In this document: piece by piece, positions 1 to 12,575 of the stretch | Layout: the number at the start of each line of letters is the position of its first letter | Position numbering within the stretch: position 1 is the stretch's first letter | From: Balanoglossus misakiensis | Lineage: Eukaryota; Animalia; Hemichordata | Direction: 5' to 3' | Assembly: GCA_040954595.2 (NCBI GenBank) | Contig: CM082592.2 | Span: forward strand, 5,880,308-5,944,307 | DNA length: 64,000 nt | Position numbers and translations under genes: made by a program | Notes under the pieces: model-generated | Seen by the model: only the letters and a program-made list of their open reading frames with translations | Told to the model about the DNA's origin: nothing | Databases searched by the model: none

Positions 1-44
1 AAAAATATGCCATCTTCAGTTCCTCCTTCACAACTTATCATCAC
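1..44 (-). other. Possible first coding exon of an unidentified gene running off the left edge (ATG at 13, M-A-Y-F...)
   Basis: Minus strand reads ...ccgcag|gtgatgataagttgtgaaggaggaactgaagATGgcatatttt: an acceptor followed by AAGATGG (strong Kozak context). 45-6100 has scattered minus-strand splice-like sites and no convincing CDS, so it may be 5' UTR exons/introns. Too short to identify. Confidence 0.3.
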
Positions 45-3000
45 CTGCGGTGATAAGTTCTCTCCGTTTACCAAACAGTGATTCAGAGAAAACACATCCC
101 ACCTCATCCAGGATTTCAACCCCCACAACTTGGAGTTTCCCGCAGCTTTCAACGAGGACTGACTGACCAGAAACCGTGCAGAGAGTGGTTTGCACACAAA
201 AAAAACACAGACAAAATCAATTACCAGTATGACACTGTTCTGCTTCAAAACAGACTGCCTCCCTTGTCAAAACGTAAACCGATCAATATAAACCACGAGA
301 ATTCGTGGAAGCAGGTAACAATCCACATTACATCTAGGGCCCTACAATAATATAAAAGCCAATCTTATCTACCACATCCTGTGATATCGACGGAAAATTA
401 CTGCAGAACAGAATTCTCAACTGATTCTGTCTTATATAGTGTTACCTGTGGGTAATGACTGTGTTCTCTTTTTAACACAAAAACATTCCAGTTTCTGAGA
501 AATTTAATCGAGTCAACTTACACAGAACAGGAAGCAATTTGAGGGGAGAAAGGGGGATGTACAGTTGCAAAGAGTGAGATTGTTTATCATTTTATTCAAT
601 TCACAGAATTGTCCCAGGATTTCCATGTCGCTCGTTCTGTTTGTCAAAACAAGTCACCTCCCAATGAAAAACTCCTTCGATACCTTCGTGACGTAATCAT
701 TACAGAGAAAGGTCCTTGAAAATGGGGGGATATGCACTCAAACAAACAATCACAACAAACAGTTATGTACCGTTTTAACTCCGGCTGCTGTTTCACACAG
801 ATACAAAAATCAAGAATCATGGAGTTTGCTGAACAACAGGTCGCCTGTACCCACAACATCAGACAAATATAAACAAAAGCAAACTGTCAAGTGTCAGTCA
901 CCTCAGATTTAGGACACAAGGCAGACAGTCTATCGGGATTTCAGGATATAAAGTCAACAGTGTGAAGCAAATGGCAGATCTCGTTCCCACTTTCTTCAGA
1001 CTTGGCGAACTAACCCCACTCAGAAGACATTTCTCAGATGCCTTTCAATCAGGCCATGTACAGTACACCTATACATGGAAACAGCCATATCTGCACATGT
1101 AGGCAGTGCTGCAGTATTTGTAACCGAACCACCACCACACGCAATTACACTGCTAGTCAGTTTCGGACGTGTCAACCCGAGGAGGAAAGAAATTCCTCTG
1201 TTGAAAGGAGAGACATAAATCCCAAAGTACACCACACCCTGAAAACATGGCCGCTGATGTCTGGCCTCACACGTGCCACCGACCCGTGCGCTGCTCAGTG
1301 CGGTTCTGGTCTCGTGACCCGACAACACATCCAGATTTCTCCTCCCTCTGGGCAAATTGCATGTACAATTATTATCCCAGCAATAAAACCCAGATACGGC
1401 TCAAGGCAACGCATGCAAGAGAAAATTTCTATCGAATATCCAGATCACACCAAGAGCAGTGTGAACATACAGTAATTGTTGTATACTGCAGTCGCAGTCG
1501 GATAATTTTATGATCACTCTGTAACCAAGATGGTTTATTCACCTTCCCGAAACTGACATGTTGTTCACAGAACCCCCATGCCCAGAAAAAAAACATCAAA
1601 ACTATACAAATCAAAAACTCCACATAAATTTTCTACATGCCGAATAAAATAAAACAAAAATTTGACCTTTAGCACGACATTCATACAAATTTAACTTGAG
1701 ATTATTTCTATTGGTCAATCTTGTCACAAATTATGGACGAAGGGTGGGAAAGATAGTTCAGTAGCCATAGTAACAGCAAAGAGTAGGTCAGGTCATCAGA
1801 TAACCATGAATTACTATTTGGTGCCTATATAATTTGTAGTGACATGATATAGTGAGAAAGGAAAGCAGTAATATGCAAAACTTGGTTGGCTAGACTATAT
1901 CCACTAAATATTTCTGGCAAAGTGCCAACATGTCCTGATTTTACACAATGTTATGGTTTACATGTATTATTGATAACAAACTATTTGATATGAATCATAC
2001 CTCCTAATCAAAGTATACGCATGGATAGATTTCAATTTCGACAACCGAAATCTGATTTCTCAGTGTCGTTGTACTAATCAGACCCATTCCAAAACATGAC
2101 AAAGTTGTCAAGCTGGCAATTTGGGAGTTCCCTCAAACTTGTCAAAGGTACTTGACCTATTTCAACTTCGGGGGAAATGCCTTCTCATCTTTGCGGGTGA
2201 TACACGTTTAACATCATTATGAAGTTTAAATGTGTTCACCATAACTTGAGTTAAAACTCGAATAGATATATTTGAGAATCGACAATCATTTCTCTTTAAT
2301 TAATGTGCTATACGAATTCAAAATGAACGAAATGCCACTGACCCAAGTCACTGTGCAGAGCACATAAACAACCCATGATAGTGACTGAACCATTTAAGAA
2401 AAATCCGATTTTGTCCCAAGAGACAACTAGGCCCGCGTGTGGTATTATTTCCAACGCTGTCACTTCGTAACGTGTTACCGTGATTACCTCACGCGGGTTT
2501 TCATAACAGGGGTCCCATCCAAATGAACGCACGGCCGACAGTGGAGGTTCCCCCAAACAATTGCAAAATTTCCACAAGCCGTTATCATTATGCCCTCCTT
2601 TTGAGGTCACCGTTAAAGCTAATTGTCGTCACCCATCGGATATTAGTTTTCTTAACACACATGTCAACAAGCTGTCCCTCCGAGTCCGAACAACGACGTG
2701 TCGCCGAGAAAATGTGGCAAAATTTCAGCGGAAGTACAAGTGGGTAAAATACTGTGCAAGACAAGGCCAGCCGACGGTATCAGACGCGTCTAACAGGGCA
2801 ATATTCTAGAGGGCGTGACACCTGCACGTCTAAATGATCTCTGCAGCGGAGAAAACAACAGAAAATCGAATTATCAACCTACCAGACCATGCCGTACGCT
2901 CCCTCCCCTATGTAAGCCAAGTTGGTGTACCTCGGCCCGACATCGAATACTTGTCCACGGACAACTTCAGGCACTGCACGCTCACCCTCAGCCGCCATCT

Positions 3001-6000
3001 TGAATTCTGACAAGCTAAGTCGACGTTAGTTCCTGATTGGCTAAGTGAACCCACATGGTTGTATGGTAATTAGAATGACCCATCCCTCGCAGATACACAA
3101 AACTAAATACCAACGTGTTGAGATTGTTACTACTTGAGGGCGTTTTTATTGTAAAAGTGCAGAAATGACATTTGAACTGACGTAAAGCTGGAGACACAGA
3201 ATTCCATGTTAAGTATGTCAGGACACCAATGCCCACCCCCTGGAGATTTCTCAGGCTTCGGAGACATTGCAATATTCCCGAATGGTCCCGACTACATGAT
3301 GTAGGCCTATGCCTATCTGCATGTATCCCTTGGCACATGTGTTTACTGTGTACACAGACAAATAATCTACAACTCTAATCCTTCATCAAACAAATCGGTT
3401 AGCACAGTTGGATGATAATTAGTGTACTATTCAAGTGGTCAGCCAGGGACTGAAGCAGCTATATATATCATATGTTTACCCATGTTTCCCATTACAGTTT
3501 ATTTTCCGGATCTAAGTGACTGTGCCCGAAAGGTGATCAATCAGTTTAATAAAGAACCACGATGATCGATTTGCTGGTTCGATGGTATCCATAGAATGGC
3601 GTTTACTAATCCTATCATTTCTCAATTTCAATTCCTATTTTCAATCCCCGGGTTTGTATTAAATATTCATTCGGTGCAATAGGCCTAACTCTGCAGTCAT
3701 GTCAGTTTATCTTCAAAGTTGATGCATGAAGTTTTGTGTCAAAAATCGGTGGATTCCCTCAGCCACTCACGCTTGCAAAATAGGGAGAGTCTATCACCGC
3801 ATATTGAGTATTATTGCGGTAGAAGGAATAATAGAGTCGATGTCCCTGAGACCCGTCCTGATTGATCGCCCCTGAATTGTGTCCAGGTGTACTTACTACC
3901 GCGTGGTGGCGCTCTTTTGAACGCAGATAGCCTCACCGAACCCAGGGACTTCCTAGAACTTTCAATTCAATCACTAAAATTAAGTCAGACGAATTCCAAT
4001 GCAATCTATATGTATCTTTATTTAGAAACCCCTGTTACACACCGTCAATATATAAACTACATTACAGCGCCTTTCAAAGACCAACAAACCAAAGACAGCA
4101 AAGTTCCTATGGATCACCGCAGCGAATTAAGTACTGATTTTCTTTATGGCACTACACACATTACCTCGTGCCAACCACAGAACGCGACACTATCGTCGCC
4201 AACAACTCTTTAAAGCACCAATACCTGTATACTAGTATTCCAGCCATTTTAATCACACAAAGGTTGCTATTTCTTCTTAGCAACAGCCGACACGCGTTGT
4301 ATTAGAATTAACGCTCACGTTGCCATACCTAAAATAATCACGTGACACTTCAAGATAATTAAAATCAAACTGTCATTGCTACAACCAAACTCCTCTTTTT
4401 TTAAAAAAATTATAGCACCCTAAAACACTAACCTTTGCCACAGTGACTACGGAAGGGTTGAGTTTAATCGTGGTTTAATGCATTTGTGTTGCGTCAAGTC
4501 GAGATAAACACCCATATATGTCCACTTTTTCTACAGTATAGTACCCTGGCAGCAAGGTTCAAACTGTTATATGTGTACAGTGTAGATCATGTACGGTACA
4601 TGCATGGGCGCATATACTAGTAGGCCCACACAACGGGCAGACACACGTCGGTAAAAAGCTGTCCAGGCCTGATGTTTGTGCCAGAGAACAGAACAGAGCC
4701 CAGCTGTCAATCATCCGTGTTACGTAATACGTGGCATATAGACCGTCTGTAAAATGTGAAATCGCTTATGACGCGGAGAGCACTGTACGCCTGGATTTGA
4801 GCAGCGATAAAGGACTGCTGAAACCTGGAAGCGATCATGAAAAAAACGAAGGTATCCGTTTGACAGAAGGCACCATGTACAGAAACTGTACACAATATCA
4901 CAGCCATATGCGTATTGCCAGACAAAGTGTACAATGCTAACATTTCTATTTAAAAGTACGCTTCTGATCACGACTCAACTTTTACGGGCTACGAGTGGAC
5001 TATAAATAGTTTTACAAGCCAGATTTACGCGCTTTGATTCAGTCGAGGGAATTGTAAATATTACCACAAAATGCCCCCTCCAAAAAATATCCCAATTGTC
5101 CGCCAGCACAAACTGTCCTGGCAGCTTTTGTTTCTTTGAACCACTGGCAGAGCACAGGCGGGCCGGCCTTTTGGTTGAATCAGAGTGCTTGAGTCAAACA
5201 CTGCTTTCAAAGTATAAACAGCCTCATTTCTTGTCTAAATCGGACAACACTGCATTTCATATACGCTTGTTCCCGACACGTCCCTCCAACACCGTGTGCG
5301 TTTGTGTTGGACTGTTCGCTGTGCACTTGCAATGTCGTCCGCGAGTTCTCTTTCTTTGGTATGCTCATCTCCCCTCTCCCGTTCTCGTTCTTTCACGCGT
5401 GACTTGAGTCCTTGTCGCCACCCAGATCAAGCGCTTTGACTCTGAACGTGCCTTCTGCGTCGATAGATCCATGAAAGATTCGCCTGGGAGAGAAACAAAA
5501 AACAAGGATTGTCAACAAACTCTTGAAAATAATTTGTTTGGCAGATATTCTTTCTTCGGACCTACTGGAAACCACAGGTCGCACCGTAGTTGAGAGCGCG
5601 TAGAGGAAAGAGTCTCTCTCTCTCAACTGCGGTGCGACCTGTGCTGGAAACCGAGGTTCAAGAATCGCTTCCACTTGAAAAGAAAGCGGAACACGAACAT
5701 CGTATTTATTGTTCTGTACAACTGCCCGGTACAACTGTCGCATTCAGACTAGAAACAAAACAATCAATCATGTTGTCTTGTTGGTCTCTCGGAGGCATAC
5801 TTTTCAAAAAGATTTGAAACCATTTTTATAAGTAATTATAAGGCTATCGTGATTTCTCTGAATAAATGAACTTCCTTTTGTCCTGTCGGTAGGTTTATCC
5901 CACGTCAATGCCGGCGCAGCGGTGTGTTGACACTCTCCCTGAAAAGAGTGGCTGGACCATAAAGAGGCGCTTTGTACAGCCTTTGAGCAGCCAAACCGGA

Positions 6001-7549
6001 ATGGGTGCGTGTGCATTACCTGGCAATGGTATTCGTGGCCGGGCAAGAACAACGCCGCGCCGTGACGTTATATAGAACTCCGCGTTGCATAAAAGGGACC
6101 AGCCTCAGCCGTGCAATGGGAAAACAACACAGGTATACAGTGAACAATAGCGGGGGACAAAAAACATTATTAGCGTTGAAATCCTATTCTCGGTGTTGGT
6201 TTTGTCTCAGACAACGGGTGAAGGGTGAAGGTCTGGGCTGGTACAGGTTTTTTTTGAAGTGCACGTGTTTATTTGGAATAAATGCGAAATCTTAAATCTT
6301 TAATTGGTCTTCTTTCTATTATCAAGAAGAATATGGGCAGAATGTGGTTTGTGTGATAGTTCCATGGGGACAATAGCTCTTTTGGTGAAGTTTTAGTATT
6401 TTTGTCCAGTTTATCGACGAATGCAATTTCAATCAATTACTGCAAGTTGACTGCAGCTCTTGGAACAACTGCATTCGAAGCAAAGCGATCACGCATGCCC
6501 AGAGAAACGCTTATAACCAAACTGAAGGTGCCATGCTCCTATGACCACAAGGTATGTCGAAGGGACTTGTTTGTGAATGCATTAACCTTGTCCTGCGCAG
6601 TAAATAATATGATATGTGGGTATGGAGGACAAACGAGGTTTTTTTTTTTTTTTTTTAACGAGTTCAAAGTGTCCTCAAATGCATGATTCGGTTAACTTAA
6701 AAGTAATTTTTTTGTAAAATAAAAAAGTCTTTGAGTCATTCTCAGTAGTCTGTAGAATTTCACAGTCACTCCATGTATGTGATTTTAGAGATACGTGCAC
6801 CGGTATAAACAGGTCGTGAAGTCAGTCCTTAAAACAATTCCATTAGCAACCACTAACTAAACATTTGTCACCCTTTAACAAAACGGTTTACAACCCAAAG
6901 CGGGTTTCTCAAGAGGAGTGTTAATTAAAGTGTTAATTAATGAGAAACGGACGTGCAGAAATAAGTTTATGTCAGAATGGCTATAGTTTGCATTCGAGTA
7001 AATAGGGAGATACTTCTTGGTTTGGGAGGCAAAAAACATTGAAATATTTATGGTGCTCCGCCTTGCATTGAGAAGGATCGAGTTTGCCATGAATGTGACG
7101 TGGTGCGTGAAAGTTATTTTGCGGTGGCCATCGGCGTGATGGTAATGCCAGCAAGTCCAAGACCACAGAACACAGTAAATGACCATGATACTTGGACTGG
7201 CTGATCTGCACGTCGATATACAAAAAGTGTAACCCACGCAAGGATAACGACATGTGAGACCTGTGCGAGTTGGTGGCACCAGTTTAAATCAAAATGGCGG
7301 TGTTCCAGGTGACCACGGCCATATGAGATGGTAGTGTTGAACTTTCAATCCAGGTCACGATCGTAGCGGCTTCGCGACGGATACCTATCTTACATCACCA
7401 AAAGCCAATCGCGAAAACCACGTTGTTAATTTTTGGGGGTCAAAACGATAGCCAACGGAACTATTCCGACTTTAAACACATTTTTTGTGTTTAATAGTAG
7501 CAGGGCGCCTGTTTTATAGTCAGGAAAATAAGAAAATCTTAATTTTAGC

Positions 7550-8758
7550 TTACTTTAGTGTCGGATTATCGCGTAGAAGGAATCGTTTCAGATCTTCCGT
7601 ATCCATATCGAACATGGCCTCCAACTCTGCAATTCTCCTTTCGAAGGCGACATCGCGAGGGTTCTTCCCGCCGTCGAATTCAAACACGGATCCCCCGGCA
7701 TCCCCGTCTGCCCCCTCCGCTTCATCTTCTCCGCCTTGTTCGTCTTCCTCCGATTCGCCTTTGTCGTCTTCCGCTTTCTCCTCCTCGTCGTCTCCATCGC
7801 TGGGTTCATCCTTCGCGCCTCTGTTAGTATCAGCATCTCCGTTGTTTGCAGGTGACGGGGACTTGTCTTCCTGTTCGCTCGTGTTCGTCACATCCGGCAG
7901 CTTTGTCTGATCGACGTGTTCTCCCTCCTTGCCGCCGTCGGCACCGTTTTCCACGCCGTCCGATTCCATGATCGCAGCGTCTTCGATTTTCCGCGAGTCC
8001 TGGCTGTCGGTCGAGAGCGTGGTGGTGGTCGTGTGAGTTGACATGTTGTCGAGTTCCTGCAGCATGGCCTTCCTCCTGGCCCTCTTGCGCAGTTTCCGCA
8101 GCATCTTCTTCCTCTTCAGCTCCTCGTAGGCCTCGATGTAGCTCTGCAGTTGCCAGTAGGTGATGCTGCGCGTGGTCTCAGGCTTGTCGCAGAGGAACGC
8201 ATGCAGGACCAGCACCTGGTTGGCAGGGTCGTTCGGGTCGTCCATGATCCTCGTGATGCAGGCGAAGACGTAAGGGTGGATCAGGGACCCCACCCCGTAA
8301 CTGACGTGGTGCAGCGGCACGAACTGGTGGATGCCCTCCCGCTTCGCCTTGTTGAACGGTCCGCCGATCTCCTTGACGTGCATCCCGTCCTTGTCGAACC
8401 GCATTAGCACTTTCGGGAGTTTCTGCCTCTCGCGGAGTTTGCAGAGCGAGTCCACCGGGCCCTCGACGTTGTCCCGGCCGAACTCCCCCGACGCCGGCAT
8501 TCGTCCCAGGTAGTGGCACGTGAACGTCGGGTACTTGATCGGGGATCGCGCCAGTCCGCGTTCATTCATTTTCGTCTTGATCTCTTCTTCTTGCTTCTTC
8601 TTTTCGGCCTTCGCGTCACTGCCGCTCCGTTCCCTAGTGCTGCTCGAACGCCTCTTTGTCGTCGGGTCACTTTCCCCCGGTCCGCCATAACTGCCGCCCG
8701 ATCCTCCGTTGATATCCGCGCTCTTGCTTCTCGACAACTTTCTGAAAAACGACGCCAT
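7550..8758 (-). CDS. FAM43-like PTB/PID-domain adaptor protein (402 aa, single coding exon, acidic C-terminal tail)
   Basis: Long GC3-rich ORF. PTB-like motifs FTCHYLG...VPLHHVSY...HPYVFACITR...LVLHAFLCDKPE...AYEELKRKK resemble FAM43/LDLRAP1-type PID domains. True ATG at 8758 directly follows a polypyrimidine tract and cag acceptor (ttttctcctgacag|aaATG), implying an upstream non-coding exon. Confidence 0.8.
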   Translation of the reverse strand: MASFFRKLSRSKSADINGGSGGSYGGPGESDPTTKRRSSSTRERSGSDAKAEKKKQEEEIKTKMNERGLARSPIKYPTFTCHYLGRMPASGEFGRDNVEGPVDSLCKLRERQKLPKVLMRFDKDGMHVKEIGGPFNKAKREGIHQFVPLHHVSYGVGSLIHPYVFACITRIMDDPNDPANQVLVLHAFLCDKPETTRSITYWQLQSYIEAYEELKRKKMLRKLRKRARRKAMLQELDNMSTHTTTTTLSTDSQDSRKIEDAAIMESDGVENGADGGKEGEHVDQTKLPDVTNTSEQEDKSPSPANNGDADTNRGAKDEPSDGDDEEEKAEDDKGESEEDEQGGEDEAEGADGDAGGSVFEFDGGKNPRDVAFERRIAELEAMFDMDTEDLKRFLLRDNPTLK

Positions 8759-11429
8759 TTCTGTCAGGAGAAAAGAAAAAAACCACCTGGGCAAAGTTCA
8801 CTCCTTGCGACGCTTAACTTTAGATGTCTTCACTCGCGAGGATCGTATTCGGGCAAATATGAACTGTAAACACCTTGGTCCTCAAAGTTCACAATGAATG
8901 GTGTCCCAACACACAACAACAACTCTCTCAGTCTCAGAGTTGACCCAGGAAAATACAACTCGAAGACTGCTTATATTGGTACAGCTGTCGGTACACTGTT
9001 CACCTGGTGTCTAAATCAGTGCCAACTTACATCGGGACACACTCGCTGATGTCCACAGCAGATATAAATCGGTAGAAAAAAGTCTAGTTTGGGGCAAATC
9101 TGCCGGCGACCTGTCTGGTGTCCCTTGGCATTCAGAAGCGCGTTACTTGCAATGGCTGACGCAGGGTCGGTGGACAGTTATTGTTGGCCGTCGAGAACAC
9201 AGGTACAATATGTCCTTTCATATACAAATTTGAAGGGCTACTTAAAAATTCGCATACATTTGCATCAGGAATAGGCTACTGTCCCGCACAGGTAACTTTC
9301 GATGAGATATCCAGATAGCCGGTCTTTTACCTTGAAATAGCGCGCATGCAAGGTCGTGATATTGTTACTGTAACCTTACCATACCATACAAATATTAAAT
9401 TTATGGATGTCCTACATTCAAACAGACATTTAAAAACACCTTTGCCTCGATATCAGTGCGGGACCAAAAACATGAAGGTCATCGTGCCACTAATATTATT
9501 ATTATACCGGTTTCCCCGGAAAAAAGACCATTTATCGGAGAGGTTGGCATATTTATCTTTATCAGGATTGTTTGTGATTCGGTAAACATATTCCCATGAT
9601 ATCGCCGGCTAATTGAAAAGGGGCAAAGTCCATACACTTTGTATTTCTTCGAGAATACGCGTGCAGCGAGATTGTGTTCCTGTGCAACAAAGAGCCGTGG
9701 ACAACGATGGTTTACCTGAACGTTAGCCAACTCGAAGGCTATAAACTAAATTACCTAACCGACGCGTAATAAACCATGAATCGATCTCGTCTTCTCTTAA
9801 ATGTCATGGAGAAGTCACATAAAATCCAATAAACCGAACAATGCTGTCGGAATGGGGGTCCCATGGTGTCAAAACATACTCTGGGGTGGCTATGTCGGGC
9901 CGGTATAACTGTAGTCGCTTTGACTGCCGACTCCATTTTTGCTAGGTGATTATGTGCCGTATTAGGTTCAAGTTCTGCTGTTGCTAAGTACCCATAGTTT
10001 TAGCGCGAGGTCAGGCTACACATGTGCGAAATTCCGCAAAATAATTTAATACGTTGAGTATTTGGTCTGAACAATCACTGTTACACCAAGCGAGAGAGTG
10101 TATATACGTCAGATGTTTGGTTGACAAAAAAGTCGTCCGTATAATTAAAACAGCGCAAATGATAGCCCTGTTGGAGGCCGCGTAACACCGGGAGCACTCA
10201 GACCTGTACGCAGGGCTACGCATATGAGAACATAGGGCCCCCATGGTAAAAGTTCCTGGCCATCTCCGCCTGCCAAGGTCTTGCTCTCCGAAAAAAATAG
10301 TTCGTTAGACCGTGGTCGAGCCAACGACCCGTGCGAGCGGACGACGGTTCCTGGCCATTTGTAGTTGGCATCTGCCACTAGAATTAAGGCATCAGTACAG
10401 GTACAATACAAAGGACCCCTTCCCCTCCTCCCCACATACACGCTATTAAAATGAAATGACTGATACCCTCTATGTAGAGGTTGCACTATACTGCATCATG
10501 ATGAATGGATATTGTGATTGTCCAGGACTGAACTGACATGCGGCAACACAATGAACAGACAAGGTAACACACCAAAGAAAAGTTTCAATAACAATCAACT
10601 TCATTGTGATTAGTTTCAGGGGGGAAGTCCCTATAGTTGCCGATTGCGGGTCAGAAGTCGGGCCATATAGTGATTCGCCTTCAACACAGAGGTCAGGACA
10701 GACCCGTATAACACGAACCACACATATGACACCGGATTTACCAATGCGATAGGCCAACTCCCAAAATATTTGTTTGTGTCCACACGCCAACAAAATGACG
10801 GGAGTGTATCAATTGAAACCGTTATTGCTCCTAAACGACCAATTAATTCACGACATCCATGTGGCCTTTACAACCGAGGTCAGCCGATATGGAGCGATTA
10901 CACCGTGATAGTATAAGTACCCTGCATAAATGACACAGCATTGTTTCGTATAAAATTGAAGGATACGAACAGATATGACAATATCGTGTAAACCCTGAAT
11001 GATAACTTCCTTTTGTTGGATTGAGCGATCATATACACAAATACAATGATTTCTAAAGCAAATAACAGATAAAAATTGATAAGTCAACGATAGGTGTATT
11101 ATATCACTTTATTTTCGCCAGTTTGACGAATTAGTACTGTGGGATGTTTTGTATCACTGTAGCAGAAAGTTGCCGAGAGATCATGATTAGTGATGCTGAG
11201 TACTTACTGGTGATAGTGTTTAGACCTGGACCTGTAATTTTTATCGGTTGTTGCGATCTTTCAAACTGTAAACAGACGTTTAACTTTATAATCAACACCA
11301 CTTAGCAGTCTTTATGAGGTGTAAATTGACCTTCCCATGAAGGCGTACTAAAATAAACGGAATACATATTTTCTGCGCAAACTACCGGGTCGTGACGACA
11401 CACCGGGCTCCCGTGATCACATGACGCGA

Positions 11430-11709
11430 CTCTCGTTTGCATAGTTTCCTCATTATAATATTTTTTAAGCGACCGTCGGTCACGTCGGTCAGTGATTCCA
11501 GGTCTTAATGGTCAGATGTAGCGACATTTAACGGTGATGACATTCACTAACGGTCATTTCGATCAGATAACGTGCGCCCGTTTAGACAATGGGTATGATA
11601 ACCGTGAAGGAGATAGTTTGTTTTCTTTATCTGTGCGGGCTATAACCGCATACAATGTTTTCGCCGACACAACGCGAGCTAAATACAAACCGGTACGGAC
11701 TGTTCAATC
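11430..11709 (+). promoter_or_regulatory. Putative type-3 Pol III promoter of 7SK (octamer-like GTTTGCAT ~11435, PSE-like ~11643-11662, TATA-like TAAATA 11680-11685)
   Basis: TATA-like element at -30 to -25 and octamer-like element at about -270 from the GGATG start match the U6/7SK promoter layout. PSE assignment is positional only. Confidence 0.5.
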
Positions 11710-12081
11710 GGATGCGTGTGCGTGTGAATTCGCCTGGGGCTCCGTCTATGTCATTGATCGCTAGATGTTTCGGCTGATCTGCATACGAGATTGGTGGTCC
11801 CTGTAAATTGTCCGTACATCGCAGCCACATACGTCTCTCCCGACGCCCCGCGCTCGGTCGCAGAGATAGGACCCGTCTTCTATCAGTCATCACAACCGCC
11901 TCAGCGTGTGTCGTGTGACCTGGGTATATTTGGGCATCTCTCTCCACTACTTGTGCTGTCTTCTGTGTAGGGTTTGATCACTGAGTCCTGCCTGCGGCCC
12001 GCCGGGGGGAGCTGTACCTGCTTGAACCTGATTACCGACGCATCCATCACGGCACTGCCGGGTGCAGCCTGCCATTATTTT
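11710..12081 (+). ncRNA. RN7SK: 7SK snRNA (~370 nt)
   Basis: 5' GGATGCGT pairs with ACGCATCC (~12038-12045). CATTGATCGCTAGATGTTTCGGCTGATCTG (11752-11781) matches the vertebrate HP1 double-GAUC HEXIM-binding motif (CATTGATCGCCAGGGTTGATTCGGCTGATCTG). 3' hairpin GGCACTGC-CGGGT-GCAGCCTGCC resembles HP4 and is followed by a T8 Pol III terminator. Confidence 0.92.
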
Positions 12082-12085
12082 TTTT
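12078..12085 (+). terminator. Pol III oligo-T terminator of 7SK
   Basis: T8 run immediately after the 3' hairpin. Confidence 0.8.
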
Positions 12086-12575
12086 ATCCAAGATTAACAC
12101 CCCCTGTATCTGCACACTCGTCATATAGTTCAACAGAGTTCTGATTATGATAATTATTTTTAGCAGTTTCCTTAATTTCCTGTGATTTGATGTATGTCTA
12201 AGTCAAGACAAAATCAAATTAGGGCCTAAAGGCGAAACTTAATATTTCTTTTGTGCGATAATGATATCCACACAGTTTACTTATACAAATAGATGACGGT
12301 TTATTAACGTTCCCTTAATTTTGTAAATGTTCCTGGTAATAAAAACCGATTAACCTCATTAAACACACATCTTTGGGTGATTAGATCGCACCATGAGGTA
12401 ACATGATGACTTTAGAAAACGCTGAGATATAAAGCTATAGCTTACATAATGCGAGGGCGCTGCACACATGGGTATGGTGTCAACACAGCTGAAACTGAGC
12501 TGTGACTGAGGGCAACGTTTAATCGTTGTCAAGTGTGGCCGGCAAATGTGTGCCAGGGTTCAGTTGCCGTTCAGA

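Noticed and set aside
45-7480. Numerous 60-145 aa ORFs
   Set aside because: No homology motifs or codon bias. The region looks like intron, UTR or regulatory DNA.
7485-8897. Several overlapping ORFs around the PTB gene
   Set aside because: Alternative-frame or antisense by-products of codon bias.
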